Below, piece by piece: positions 18,194 through 27,218 of a stretch of DNA of 64,000 nucleotides. The notes below the pieces were generated by a model. The model saw only the letters and a program-made list of their open reading frames with translations, was not told the DNA's origin and searched no databases. Source of the DNA: Deferrisomatales bacterium (GTDB lineage: Bacteria > Desulfobacterota > Deferrisomatia > Deferrisomatales > JACRMM01); contig JAWSUI010000004.1 in the NCBI GenBank assembly GCA_033551855.1, forward strand, positions 57,243-121,242, in the 5' to 3' direction. The stretch's first letter is position 1; each line of letters opens with the position of its first letter. Both the position numbers and the translations under genes were made by a program.

Positions 18194-18523
18194 TCACTCC
18201 CCCGACACCTTGCCCCTCCCGGACTTCACCTCGGCGTGCCGCTTCTTGGCCAGGAGCCTGCGCTCCTGGGAGGCCCGCGTGGCCCGCGTGGCGATGCGGC
18301 GCTTCTTCTTTCGGTTCCGGCGGGCCAGGGCGTCGATGAGGCGTTCCAGGGCTGCGGCCCGGTTGTCGGCCTGGGACCGGCGTTCGGTGGCGCTGACCAC
18401 GATCCCGGTCGGGAGGTGTCGGATCCGCACCCCCGTCTCCCGGCGGTTTCGGTGCTGCCCCCCCGGGCCCGACGCCCGGAAGAAGGTGATCTCCAGGTCC
18501 TCTTCCCGCAGGGCTTCGCTCAT
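18194..18523 (-). CDS. Stand-alone GGQ peptidyl-tRNA hydrolase (ArfB/C12orf65-like)
   Basis: [24 protein letters not shown]; basic tail RIATRATRASQERRLLAKK. Confidence 0.88.
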   Translation of the reverse strand: MSEALREEDLEITFFRASGPGGQHRNRRETGVRIRHLPTGIVVSATERRSQADNRAAALERLIDALARRNRKKKRRIATRATRASQERRLLAKKRHAEVKSGRGKVSGE

Positions 18524-18876
18524 CCCTTCACCCCGTAGCCCCGGCCGGCCAGCAGCGGGCGCAGGCGGTCGCGGTGCTCCCCCTGGAGCTCGGCCTCGGC
18601 CCCCTTGAGGGTGCCGCCGGTGCCGCAGAGGCCCTTGAGCTCGCCGAGGAGGGCCTTCAGCTCCGCCGGCGGGAGCGCCTCTGCGGCGAGCACGGTGACC
18701 GGCTTGCCCCGGCGCTTTTCCATCCGCAGGCGGATCGTGGGTTTCCCGGCCGGGGCCGAGGAGGGCATAGGTGAGGCGCACCGGCAGCGGTCCCCGGGGT
18801 GACCGCACCGGGCGCACGCTTCCACGAGGGACCACCCCTGCCCACCGGATCGGCCGAGCCGCCGCGGCACGGTCAT
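18520..18876 (-). CDS. yciH: SUI1/YciH translation initiation factor
   Basis: RRGKPVTV, LKGLCGTGGT, ELQGEHRD; N-terminal Cys cluster. Confidence 0.88.
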   Translation of the reverse strand: MTVPRRLGRSGGQGWSLVEACARCGHPGDRCRCASPMPSSAPAGKPTIRLRMEKRRGKPVTVLAAEALPPAELKALLGELKGLCGTGGTLKGAEAELQGEHRDRLRPLLAGRGYGVKG

Positions 18877-19448
18877 GATCCCGCCGCCCCTTCCCGCGGT
18901 TCCCAGAGGACCCGGGCCGGGGCGCCGTCCCCCGCACCGACCGCGAGGGGGAGGCAGTAGAGGGTCCCCTCTCCCCGGGGCACGCCCGCGAGACGCAGGT
19001 TTTCCACGAGGGCAACGCCCGCGCCCAGAAGCGCCCGGTGACAGGGGAGGTCCCGGGAGTCCACGAGATCGACGCTCGGGCCTTCCACCCCCACCAGCCT
19101 CACGCCGCTGGCTGCGAGCGCCCGGGCCCATGTCAGGGTAAGACCGTCCGGGCAGCCGGCGAGGAGCAGCCGCTCCGCTCCCAGGGGCGGCCCCCCCAAG
19201 TCTCCGGCGTCGAGGAGCACGGCCGGGCCCACCCATAGCTCCAGGGGCAGGGTGTCGATGGTGCTTCCGTTCGGCAGGAGGTGCGCCGGGGCGTCCACAT
19301 GGGTGCCCGAGTGGGTCCCGAGTTCCAGGCGGGTGGTCCGGAACCCGTCGGCGTCCAGGGTGGCGTTGGTGCGCGCGCGCACCGGCTCGTCCCCCGGAAA
19401 CACCGGGGTTTCGGGGCCGAGGGGGTGGGTGAGGTCGAAGAGGCGCAT
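18873..19448 (-). CDS. Cyclase family metal-dependent hydrolase (kynurenine formamidase-like)
   Basis: DLTHPL, FPGD, HSGTHVDAPAH, ENL, GDGAPAR motifs. Confidence 0.9.
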   Translation of the reverse strand: MRLFDLTHPLGPETPVFPGDEPVRARTNATLDADGFRTTRLELGTHSGTHVDAPAHLLPNGSTIDTLPLELWVGPAVLLDAGDLGGPPLGAERLLLAGCPDGLTLTWARALAASGVRLVGVEGPSVDLVDSRDLPCHRALLGAGVALVENLRLAGVPRGEGTLYCLPLAVGAGDGAPARVLWEPREGAAGS

Positions 19449-19629
19449 GGGGTCCCGAGAGTGGATCGGTTCGAGAGGGCCCCATCGTACACGAACCCCA
19501 GGCCGGCCTCCATGTTGCTTCCGCCTTGGTCCCGGAACCAGGAAAACCAGACCGGATTTCGCCTTCTCAAGCCCTTCGGCCGCCCCTATACTCGGGCCGT
19601 CCCGCTCTCCCGATTCTCCGGGGCCGGCC

Positions 19630-19998
19630 ATGGGCAATCTACTCGCTCTCGTTCTGGGCGCCGCCATTGGGGCCTGGGGCCGCTACGCCCTGGCCGGGTG
19701 GGTGTCCCGCGCCGCCGAGACGGCCTTCCCCTGGGGGACCCTTGTGGTAAACCTCGCCGGGTGCCTGGCGATCGGGCTGACGTGGGGCCTGGGGGAGCGG
19801 CTCTTGTGGCCGCCCGCCTTCCGGGTCTTTCTTTTCGTCGGGGTGCTGGGTTCCTTCACGACGTTCAGCACGTTCGGGCTGGAGACCCTGCACCTGCTCC
19901 GCGCCGCCGAGTACGGCCGGGCGGCGTGGTACGTGCTGGGGTCGAACCTGGGGGGCCTTGGCTTGGTCTGGTTGGGGATGGCCGTGACCCGCGGGTGA
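19630..19998 (+). CDS. crcB: Fluoride efflux channel CrcB/FluC
   Basis: GAAIGAWGRY, FPWGTLVVN, GVLGSFTTFSTF. Confidence 0.93.
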   Translation: MGNLLALVLGAAIGAWGRYALAGWVSRAAETAFPWGTLVVNLAGCLAIGLTWGLGERLLWPPAFRVFLFVGVLGSFTTFSTFGLETLHLLRAAEYGRAAWYVLGSNLGGLGLVWLGMAVTRG

Positions 19999-20027
19999 CC
20001 GGCGGGTCAACGGGAGGAGGCGATGGG

Positions 20028-20366
20028 ATGACCCTGCCCGAAGAAGGGATGCTGTTGCGGGTCTTCGTCGGCGAGGCCGACCGCTGGGAGGGGAGGCCCC
20101 TCTATGAGGCGGTGGTGCTCAAAGCCCGGGAGGCCGGTCTCGCCGGCGCCACGGTGCTGCGGGGGCTCATGGGGTACGGGGCGCACAGTCGCCTGCACAC
20201 GGCCAAAGTGCTCCGGCTGTCCGAGGACCTGCCCATCGTCGTGGAGGTCGTCGACACCGAGGAGAAGCTCACGGCGTTCCTGCCCTGGCTGGACCGGGCA
20301 GTCGGAGAGGGGATGGTGACCCTGGAGCGGGTCCGTGTCCTGCGGTACCGTTCCCGGGAGGGGTGA
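20028..20366 (+). CDS. DUF190 family (PII-like) protein
   Basis: LRVFVGEAD, GLAGATVLRGLMGYG, LSEDLP; the usual crcB partner. Confidence 0.9.
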   Translation: MTLPEEGMLLRVFVGEADRWEGRPLYEAVVLKAREAGLAGATVLRGLMGYGAHSRLHTAKVLRLSEDLPIVVEVVDTEEKLTAFLPWLDRAVGEGMVTLERVRVLRYRSREG

Positions 20367-20370
20367 GGGC

Positions 20371-21579
20371 TCAGCCGCGGCCCGCCAGGCGGCGCAGCTC
20401 AAAGAGCACCTGGTGGCAGAGCCGCTCCCGCTCCGCCTGGCCGCCGTAGGCGAGTGGGAGCGCACGGGCGAAGGAGCCCGCCGGCGTCCACACCCCGGCC
20501 CACCCTTGCCCCTCCCCCGTGCCCGGCTCCACCTCGGACCGGAGGCACGCCGCGACCCCCGCCGATGCCCCGTGCGCCTCGGCGGCGCGCCGGGCGAGGG
20601 CCTGGACCCCTCGGGCCGCCGCCCCTTCTCCCCGGGGCTTTCCCGCCCAGTCCCGCACGGCCGAGGGCGGGAGGACGGTGCCTCCGCGGTAGGCCGGGTT
20701 TTCTGCGTCCCGGAGCCACTGGGCCAGTGTTCCCGCCGTGAACCCCTCGGCGGACGCAACGGTCCACCCCGCGGCGGCGGCTGCGGTCAGGGCGACCCGG
20801 GGGTGAGTGTCCTCGTCGGCACCGCAGAGGTACTTGGCCAGGCGGGCCCGGACCAGGGCTTCCGCCCCGGCGAGGAGGGCGCGGGCCTCGCCTTCGGCCG
20901 TCGCCCGGGCCGTCAGGACGACCCGTACCTCTCCCGGTGAAGACAGGGTTCCCACGTAAGGGTTTTTGCCGGGGCCCATGAGGTCGACGATCGCCTCGCC
21001 GGCTCGACTCTCCCCGATCCCGGAGAACCGGAGCACCCGGGTCAGCACGGTGCCGAGCCCAAGGCGCGCACGCAGGCGCGGCACCACCCAGGTGTCAAGC
21101 AGGTGGCGCAGCTCCCGGGGCACACCGGGCAAGGCGACGAGGTACGCGGCGCCGATCTCCAGGGCGAAGCCCGGGGCAGTGCCCACGGGGTTGGGAATGG
21201 GCTCTGCCCCCGCCGGCACGAGGGCCTGGACCCGGTTGGAGGGGGACATCTCCCGGCCGAAGCGCCGGAACGCGTCCCGGATGTCTTCCAGGAGCTCGGG
21301 CCGCAGCTCCAGCTCCCGCTTCGTCACCCGGGCGACCGCGTGGCGGGTGCGGTCGTCCTCGGTGGGCCCGAGGCCCCCGGCCACCAAGACGACGGCGCTG
21401 CGGGAGGCGGCAGCCGAGAGGGCGGCCTCGAGCTCGGCGTCCTCGTCGCCGACCACCGTGGTGTAGCGCAGGGGGCAGCCCAGGGCCGCCAGTCGGCGGG
21501 CGAAATCGGGGCCGTTGGTGTCGGCGGCCCCCAGCAGGAGCTCGCTTCCCACGATCACCGCTTCTGATCGGCAGTCCAC
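20371..21579 (-). CDS. cinA: CinA family protein (MocF domain plus degenerate PncC domain)
   Basis: VGSELLLG..DTN, GGLGPTEDDRT, GTAPG, LPGVPREL. Confidence 0.88.
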   Translation of the reverse strand: MDCRSEAVIVGSELLLGAADTNGPDFARRLAALGCPLRYTTVVGDEDAELEAALSAAASRSAVVLVAGGLGPTEDDRTRHAVARVTKRELELRPELLEDIRDAFRRFGREMSPSNRVQALVPAGAEPIPNPVGTAPGFALEIGAAYLVALPGVPRELRHLLDTWVVPRLRARLGLGTVLTRVLRFSGIGESRAGEAIVDLMGPGKNPYVGTLSSPGEVRVVLTARATAEGEARALLAGAEALVRARLAKYLCGADEDTHPRVALTAAAAAGWTVASAEGFTAGTLAQWLRDAENPAYRGGTVLPPSAVRDWAGKPRGEGAAARGVQALARRAAEAHGASAGVAACLRSEVEPGTGEGQGWAGVWTPAGSFARALPLAYGGQAERERLCHQVLFELRRLAGRG

Positions 21580-21683
21580 CGTCCCTCCTCTCGCCGGGAA
21601 TGTACGGCACGCAATCATACCAGCCGCCGCACGCCGGGAAAGAGTGCGCAGGCTCCACCGGAATCCCCCGTCTTCCACGTCCT

Positions 21684-21733
21684 CGGAGCCGGAGAGCCCC
21701 TCCGCTCCGCCCCGCAATCCCCGGCCCTTCGAA
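21684..21733 (-). repeat. Repeat family B terminal fragment
   Basis: cggagccggagagcccctccgctccgccccgcaatccccggcccttcgaag is similar to 46603-46653. Confidence 0.65.
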
Positions 21734-22244
21734 GAGACGACCCCAGGAGGGCGTGTCTCTCGTCTCACCCCATTCCCAACCGTCGTCGGAGCTTCCGGCC
21801 ATTCCATGGGTGCGAAGAACCATCGTGTTCTCGCGCAGAGGCGCCGGGAAGGAACCAAGCCAAGGCTCCTCTGCGTCAGAGTCGCCGGGCGAGGGAGAGC
21901 GCTTCGTCCGAACAGGGACGCGCCCCCGCAAGAAAACCAGATCGGCACAGAAATCGTAGGCGCAGCGGCTCTCGGCCATCGGGAGCCAGGTCCCGGACTT
22001 CTCGTGCCCGTCTACGAAAGGGCGCCGCGAGAGATCTTCAGGGCGCACGCGGCCCCAGGCTTCCCTCCCCTTCACGCCCTCCCCCTCCCGACCTCCCCCT
22101 TGAAGGGGGAGGGGCAAACAGGGGGCGGATGCCGCTCACACAGATCGCAACGGAACCGGAATCCCTCACGCGGCATCGCGCCACGCCTCCAGGCCCTCGA
22201 TCGGGGCGTTGCCGAGGTTTCGCCTGAGCGGGGGCGATGGTAGC

Positions 22245-22616
22245 ATGGGGATCCAGCGGCTCGGGGGGCGGGCCGGGGAAGGGGATGAGCCGGTGGGAGG
22301 CGACAAGGTCATCCGGGTGGACTTTCGCAGGGGCCGTGGCCGGGCGCCCGGGGGGTTCGGCGGAGGCCCGCGGCTTCTCCTGGGCGTGTTCCTGGGGGTC
22401 TTGACGGTGGAGCTGCTCCTGGTGTCGGCCCTCTTCCCGGAAACGATTGCGTCGTTCTTCTTCGGCCCCACGGTGATCGCGGTGGCCGTGATCGCCACCC
22501 TCTGGACCCGGCGGGTCATCGCCCGGGCCCAGGTGTCCCGCCTCCACCGTCGGACGGTCCGGCGGGCCCGGGACGTGGACGGCCCGGACGACCACCGAGG
22601 GCACACCCTACACTGA
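22245..22616 (+). CDS. hypothetical membrane protein
   Basis: KVIRVDF N-terminal motif, two TM helices, C-terminal ...GHTLH; start uncertain. Confidence 0.65.
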   Translation: MGIQRLGGRAGEGDEPVGGDKVIRVDFRRGRGRAPGGFGGGPRLLLGVFLGVLTVELLLVSALFPETIASFFFGPTVIAVAVIATLWTRRVIARAQVSRLHRRTVRRARDVDGPDDHRGHTLH

Positions 22617-22722
22617 ATCGGGAGGGCCGATCCGCCGATCCCGGTGCACCGGATCCCGGATCCCGGGAACCGGGGGAGACGTGCGGGCCGGGCTTGCCGG
22701 CTGCCTGCCTCGAGGGGCACCC

Positions 22723-23754
22723 ATGAGACTTCGTTTCACCCGGACGAACGGGCCTGTAGACGAGGCCATCGACAGGCTTGTCGAACAGGTCGGGCCCGTG
22801 CACCACCCGGACCTGGTGCGGGAGATGATCCTGGCCGCCCTCAAGGCAGGCCAGGAGGACGAGGAACGGGCCGACCTGCGGCTGATGAACATCTCACTGA
22901 AGGAGATGCGGTTCACGGCAAAGGTGTTCGGGCCCTACCGGCACGTCCGAAAGGTCACGGTGTTCGGGTCGGCGCGCACCCGCCCCGAGGAGCCCATCTA
23001 CCGAATCGCCCGGCTCTTCGGCAGGCGGTTGGCCGAGGCGGGGTACATGGTGATCACGGGCGGGGGCGCGGGCATCATGCACGCCGCCAACGAGGGGGCC
23101 GGCGCGGAGCACTCCTTCGGGGTGAATATCCAGCTCCCCTTCGAGCAGCACCCCAACCCGATCCTCATCGGGAACCCGCGGCTCATCAACTACCACTACT
23201 TCTTCAACCGCAAGGTGGCGTTTCTGCGGGAGGCACACGCGGTGGCCCTGTTCCCCGGGGGGTTCGGCACCCTGGACGAGGCCATGGAGACCTTGACCCT
23301 GATCCAGACCGGAAAGAGGCCGCCTCTCCCGCTCGTCTTGGTGGACGAGCCGGGCGGCACGTACTGGAACCGGTGGATTCACTTCCTGGAAGAAGAGCTC
23401 CTGACCGAGGGGTACATCGGCGAGTCGGATTTTCGTCTCTTCACGCGGGTGGACTCGGTGGATGACGCCGTGCGCGAGATCGACCGCTTCTACCGCAGGT
23501 ACCACAGCCTTCGCTGGGTCAGCGGGCGCCTGGTGGTGCGGCTCACCTCGGAGCTCGAGCCCGCCGCCGTGCGGGACCTGGAGGGGCGCTTTGCACCGAT
23601 CCTCACCCCCCAGGGGGGCATCCGCCCTTCCGGGGCCCTGGAAGCCGAGGCCGACGAGCCCGAGATCGGCCACCTCCCGCGCTTGGTGGTCGATTTCGCC
23701 CGCAGCGACTTCGGTGGTTTGAGGCGGCTCATCGATGCCATCAACGAGTACTGA
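22723..23754 (+). CDS. LOG family (TIGR00730) phosphoribohydrolase
   Basis: VTVFGSART, ITGGGAGIM, PGGFGTLDE. Confidence 0.92.
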   Translation: MRLRFTRTNGPVDEAIDRLVEQVGPVHHPDLVREMILAALKAGQEDEERADLRLMNISLKEMRFTAKVFGPYRHVRKVTVFGSARTRPEEPIYRIARLFGRRLAEAGYMVITGGGAGIMHAANEGAGAEHSFGVNIQLPFEQHPNPILIGNPRLINYHYFFNRKVAFLREAHAVALFPGGFGTLDEAMETLTLIQTGKRPPLPLVLVDEPGGTYWNRWIHFLEEELLTEGYIGESDFRLFTRVDSVDDAVREIDRFYRRYHSLRWVSGRLVVRLTSELEPAAVRDLEGRFAPILTPQGGIRPSGALEAEADEPEIGHLPRLVVDFARSDFGGLRRLIDAINEY

Positions 23755-23760
23755 CCGGTC

Positions 23761-25032
23761 ATGAGAGACCGTTGGAGAGAGCTCCAGGAGGGGCTGCAGG
23801 CCGCCCGGGGGCGTCGACGGGCGCGGCGCCGGCTGGCGGCCGTCCTCCTCGGCCTCCTGGTCCTGTCGGGGTACGCGGCCGGGCGACTGGCGCCGCGGTT
23901 CGAGGCGCCCGGGCCCCGCCCCGAGGCGCAGGTGCCGGAGCTCCCCCTCCCGGGCCCGACCTTTCGCGAGCTTCTCGGGCAAACGACTTGGCCCACACCC
24001 ACCTTGGGCGCGGACGGGGGCTACGAGGAGTGGATGGAGGGGCACCGGGTCCGCTACACCCTGGACCCCGAGCTCCAGGAACAGGCTCTCTCGGTGTTCC
24101 GCCGGTATCGGGTGCCCTACGGTGCGTTGGTGGCCATGGAGCCGGCTACGGGGAAGCTCCTGGCCCTGGCGGAGTACTCCCACCAGGAGCCGGACCTTCG
24201 GGATTTCTGCCGTCGGGCCACGTATCCGGCGGCGAGCCTGATCAAGATGGTGACGGCCGTGGCAGTGCTGGAGGCGGAGGTGGCCGAGCCCGAGACGGAA
24301 ATCCGCTTCGAGGGAAATCCCTACCGGCTCTTCCCCCGGAAGATAGAGCCAGGTAATCGGGCGCGGGAAAACAACGCCAGCACCGTCGCCGAGGCCTTCG
24401 GTACCTCGAACAACGTGATCTTCGCCAAGCTCGGCGTGGAGCTGGGGCCCGAGTTCCTGGAGGACGCCCTGGAGCGCTTTGGTTTCAACCGGTCGATTCC
24501 CTTCGAGTTTCCCCTCCAGGAAAGCAGGGCCACGGTGCCCCGGGACCGATACCCCCTGGGCCGCACCGCGGCCGGGTTCGGGGCTGTCTACCTGAGCCCG
24601 GTGCACGCGGCGCTGATGGCCGCCGCCGTGGGCAACGGCGGGGTGATGATGCGGCCCTACCTGGTGGGGGCCGTGGAGGACGGCAACGGGAGGCTGCTCT
24701 ATCAGGCCGCACCCGCGCCCCTGCTCCGCACCACCAGTCCCGAGGTCGCCCGCCGCGTGCGCGAGATGATGGTGAAGACGGTCACCCGGGGCACCTCTTC
24801 CCGGGTGTTTCATCGGTATGCCCGCCGACTGTCTCGGGACGTGGGGGTGGCCGGCAAGACCGGGAGCCTCACGGGGAACGACCCGCCGGGCCGGTACGAG
24901 TGGTTCGTCGGCTTCGCCCCCCTGGAGGACCCGAAGATTGCGGTGGCGAGCCTGATCGTCAACCACGACCTGTGGCACATCAAGGGCACTTACGTGGCCC
25001 AGGCCGTCATGAAGGAATTCTTCGGGATGTGA
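23761..25032 (+). CDS. Penicillin-binding protein (transpeptidase domain)
   Basis: SxxK (ASLIK), SxN (SNN), KTG motifs; N-terminal TM. Confidence 0.9.
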   Translation: MRDRWRELQEGLQAARGRRRARRRLAAVLLGLLVLSGYAAGRLAPRFEAPGPRPEAQVPELPLPGPTFRELLGQTTWPTPTLGADGGYEEWMEGHRVRYTLDPELQEQALSVFRRYRVPYGALVAMEPATGKLLALAEYSHQEPDLRDFCRRATYPAASLIKMVTAVAVLEAEVAEPETEIRFEGNPYRLFPRKIEPGNRARENNASTVAEAFGTSNNVIFAKLGVELGPEFLEDALERFGFNRSIPFEFPLQESRATVPRDRYPLGRTAAGFGAVYLSPVHAALMAAAVGNGGVMMRPYLVGAVEDGNGRLLYQAAPAPLLRTTSPEVARRVREMMVKTVTRGTSSRVFHRYARRLSRDVGVAGKTGSLTGNDPPGRYEWFVGFAPLEDPKIAVASLIVNHDLWHIKGTYVAQAVMKEFFGM

Positions 25033-25034
25033 GG

Positions 25035-25562
25035 ATGAGCGACGGCGTGAAGCTGCTCAGGTCCCCGCGGCGGCCCGAAGTGGAGATCCGGGAGATGGAG
25101 ATCGATGATCTCGCGGTGGTCTTCCACATGGGCGACCGCACCTTCACCTCGGAGACCCCGAACCTGTACCGCACGTGGGACGAGTACGAGGTCACGGGGC
25201 TCTTCACCACCGAGCCGGGGTACTGCCTGGTCGCCGAGGACCGGGAGTCGGGCAAGGTCGTCGGGTTTGCCATGGGAACGACCGTGACCAAACCGCGCTC
25301 CCCCTGGAAGTACGGATACCTGGTGTGGATGGCGGTGCACCACGAGTTCCGCAAGCTCGGCATCGGCGACCGGCTCGTGCGCCGGCTGGCGGATCGGATG
25401 GTGGAGCAGGGGGTGCGGATCCTGCTCGTGGACACCGATGCCAAGAACCTCCAGGCGCTGGCCTTCTTTCGGGCTCAGGGCTTCGAGCACCCCCACCCCC
25501 ACGTGTATCTGAGCATGAATCTCGATGACCTTCGCCGGAAGCGGCAGAAAAAGGGAGCCTGA
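25035..25562 (+). CDS. GNAT family N-acetyltransferase
   Basis: AVHHEFRKLGIG, NLQALAFFRAQGF. Confidence 0.88.
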   Translation: MSDGVKLLRSPRRPEVEIREMEIDDLAVVFHMGDRTFTSETPNLYRTWDEYEVTGLFTTEPGYCLVAEDRESGKVVGFAMGTTVTKPRSPWKYGYLVWMAVHHEFRKLGIGDRLVRRLADRMVEQGVRILLVDTDAKNLQALAFFRAQGFEHPHPHVYLSMNLDDLRRKRQKKGA

Positions 25563-26632
25563 TGCCGGAGGTGCGTCCGGAGCGGGTGCAGGAGGTCTTC
25601 TGGGGGCTGGTAGAGCGCTACAGCCCCTCGGGGAAGGAGCAGGAGGCGCTGACCTACCTCGAGGAGGTGTGCGCCGCCCACGGCTGTCCGTACGGGGTGC
25701 AGCCGGTGGACGAGGACCGGTACAACCTCGTGCTCGGCAGGCCCGATGCGCCGCTGGTCTTCGTGGGGCACGTGGACACCGTGGATGCCTGGGACCTGGA
25801 GGACTTTGGCCCGGCGGAGGTCGGCGGGGGGTGGGTGCGGGGGCTGGGCGCGGCGGACATGAAGGGTGGGTGTGCCGCGCTCCTGGAGGCCTACCTCGTG
25901 CTGCGGGAGGCCGGGCTCGGGCGGGAGGTCGGCCTGGCCCTGGTGGTGGGGGAGGAGGAGGAAGGGGACGGGGCCGCCGCCTTCCTGCGGGAGGCCCGGC
26001 CGGGCCGGGTCGTGATCGCCGAGCCCACGGGGCTGCAGTTGTGCACCGGTCACTACGGGTACGTGGAGGCGGTCTTGTCGGCCCGGGGCCGCCGCGCCCA
26101 CGCGAGCGTTCCCGAGCTCGGCCGGAATGCCGCCGAGGCCGTCCTCACCGTCCTCCACGGGCTCCTCCAGGAACCTTCCCTGGCCGCCAAGGACGGCCCG
26201 GTGCTGAGCATCCGCCATCTGGAGACCTCCAATCCGGGCTTCGCCGTGCCCGCCCGGGCCGCGGCCTGGGTGGATCTCCACGTGCCCCCCGCCTATCGGG
26301 TGGAGCGGGTGATCGGCGTCGTGGACCGGGTCGTGGCCTCGGCGGGCGGCGACGCGGTGACCGTGAATTACCCCTGCCGCCACGAGGGGTTCTCCCTCGA
26401 CGACGACGACCCCACGATCCGCGCATACCGATCGGCCGGGGGGCGGGATTTCGGCGTGTTTCGCAGCCACAGCGACGGGAACCTCTTCCACGCCGCGGGG
26501 GTCCCCGCCGCTCTCCTGGGGCCCGGCAGCCTCGACTACGCCCACACGGAGGAAGAGCGGGTGGAGTTGGCCGAGGTGATCGAGGCGGCGTGGGTCTTCG
26601 TGCGCCTGGCGCGCTCCTTCCCGGGGGTGTGA
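25562..26632 (+). CDS. M20 family metallopeptidase/deacylase (ArgE/DapE-like)
   Basis: GHVDTV, GLGAADMKGG, GEEE, EPT, AHTEEE. Confidence 0.9.
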   Translation: MPEVRPERVQEVFWGLVERYSPSGKEQEALTYLEEVCAAHGCPYGVQPVDEDRYNLVLGRPDAPLVFVGHVDTVDAWDLEDFGPAEVGGGWVRGLGAADMKGGCAALLEAYLVLREAGLGREVGLALVVGEEEEGDGAAAFLREARPGRVVIAEPTGLQLCTGHYGYVEAVLSARGRRAHASVPELGRNAAEAVLTVLHGLLQEPSLAAKDGPVLSIRHLETSNPGFAVPARAAAWVDLHVPPAYRVERVIGVVDRVVASAGGDAVTVNYPCRHEGFSLDDDDPTIRAYRSAGGRDFGVFRSHSDGNLFHAAGVPAALLGPGSLDYAHTEEERVELAEVIEAAWVFVRLARSFPGV

Positions 26633-26769
26633 CGGTTCGCCGCCTCCCGGCCGTGCCGAGGAGGTGTGGCCGGGGTCCCGGCGCCGCCGGCGCGGCCGCT
26701 TGCAGCATCCCCCGGCAGTGTTACTCTTCGGGTCCGCCCGCTGCCGCACGGTCGAGAGGAGACGATTCG

Positions 26770-27150
26770 ATGGAAGAGGACGTGGAAGTCTACGACGTGG
26801 AAGAGGCAGCCCGCGTGGTGTCGGACCGGACCGGGATGGAACGGGACGCCGTGGAGGAGATCCTCGAGGCCGAATTCCTCTTCCAGGCGGCGTTGGGAGC
26901 CATCGAGATCCCGGAGGACGACGAGGGCGAGGAGTTCATGGAGGAGGTCCGCCAGCTTCGGGAGGCCCACGGGGACCTGATTCCCGCCGTCGATGCGGAC
27001 CTGGACGAACTGGACGACCTCGACGACCGCCTCGTCACCTTCGTCAGCCGGCTCACCGGCGCGGAGCCCGCGGCCGTCGAGGACGTGCTGGACGAGCACA
27101 TCCTGTACCTGGAGGAGCAGGGGCTCCTGGAGCCGGCCGAGGAAGAGTGA
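26770..27150 (+). CDS. Highly acidic hypothetical protein with an internal duplication
   Basis: RBS GAGGAG; repeats SDRTGMERDAVEEILEAEF / SRLTGAEPAAVEDVLDEHI. Confidence 0.75.
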   Translation: MEEDVEVYDVEEAARVVSDRTGMERDAVEEILEAEFLFQAALGAIEIPEDDEGEEFMEEVRQLREAHGDLIPAVDADLDELDDLDDRLVTFVSRLTGAEPAAVEDVLDEHILYLEEQGLLEPAEEE

Positions 27151-27218
27151 GCGGAAGAGGGTCTGGTGCACCGACCGGCCCCCCGGGGCCTGGCAGCCGC
27201 GAGGGTGGGGATGGCCCT

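Noticed and set aside
19450..19630. Fluoride riboswitch upstream of crcB
   Set aside because: No GGCGAUGG...GCUGAUG-type consensus was seen
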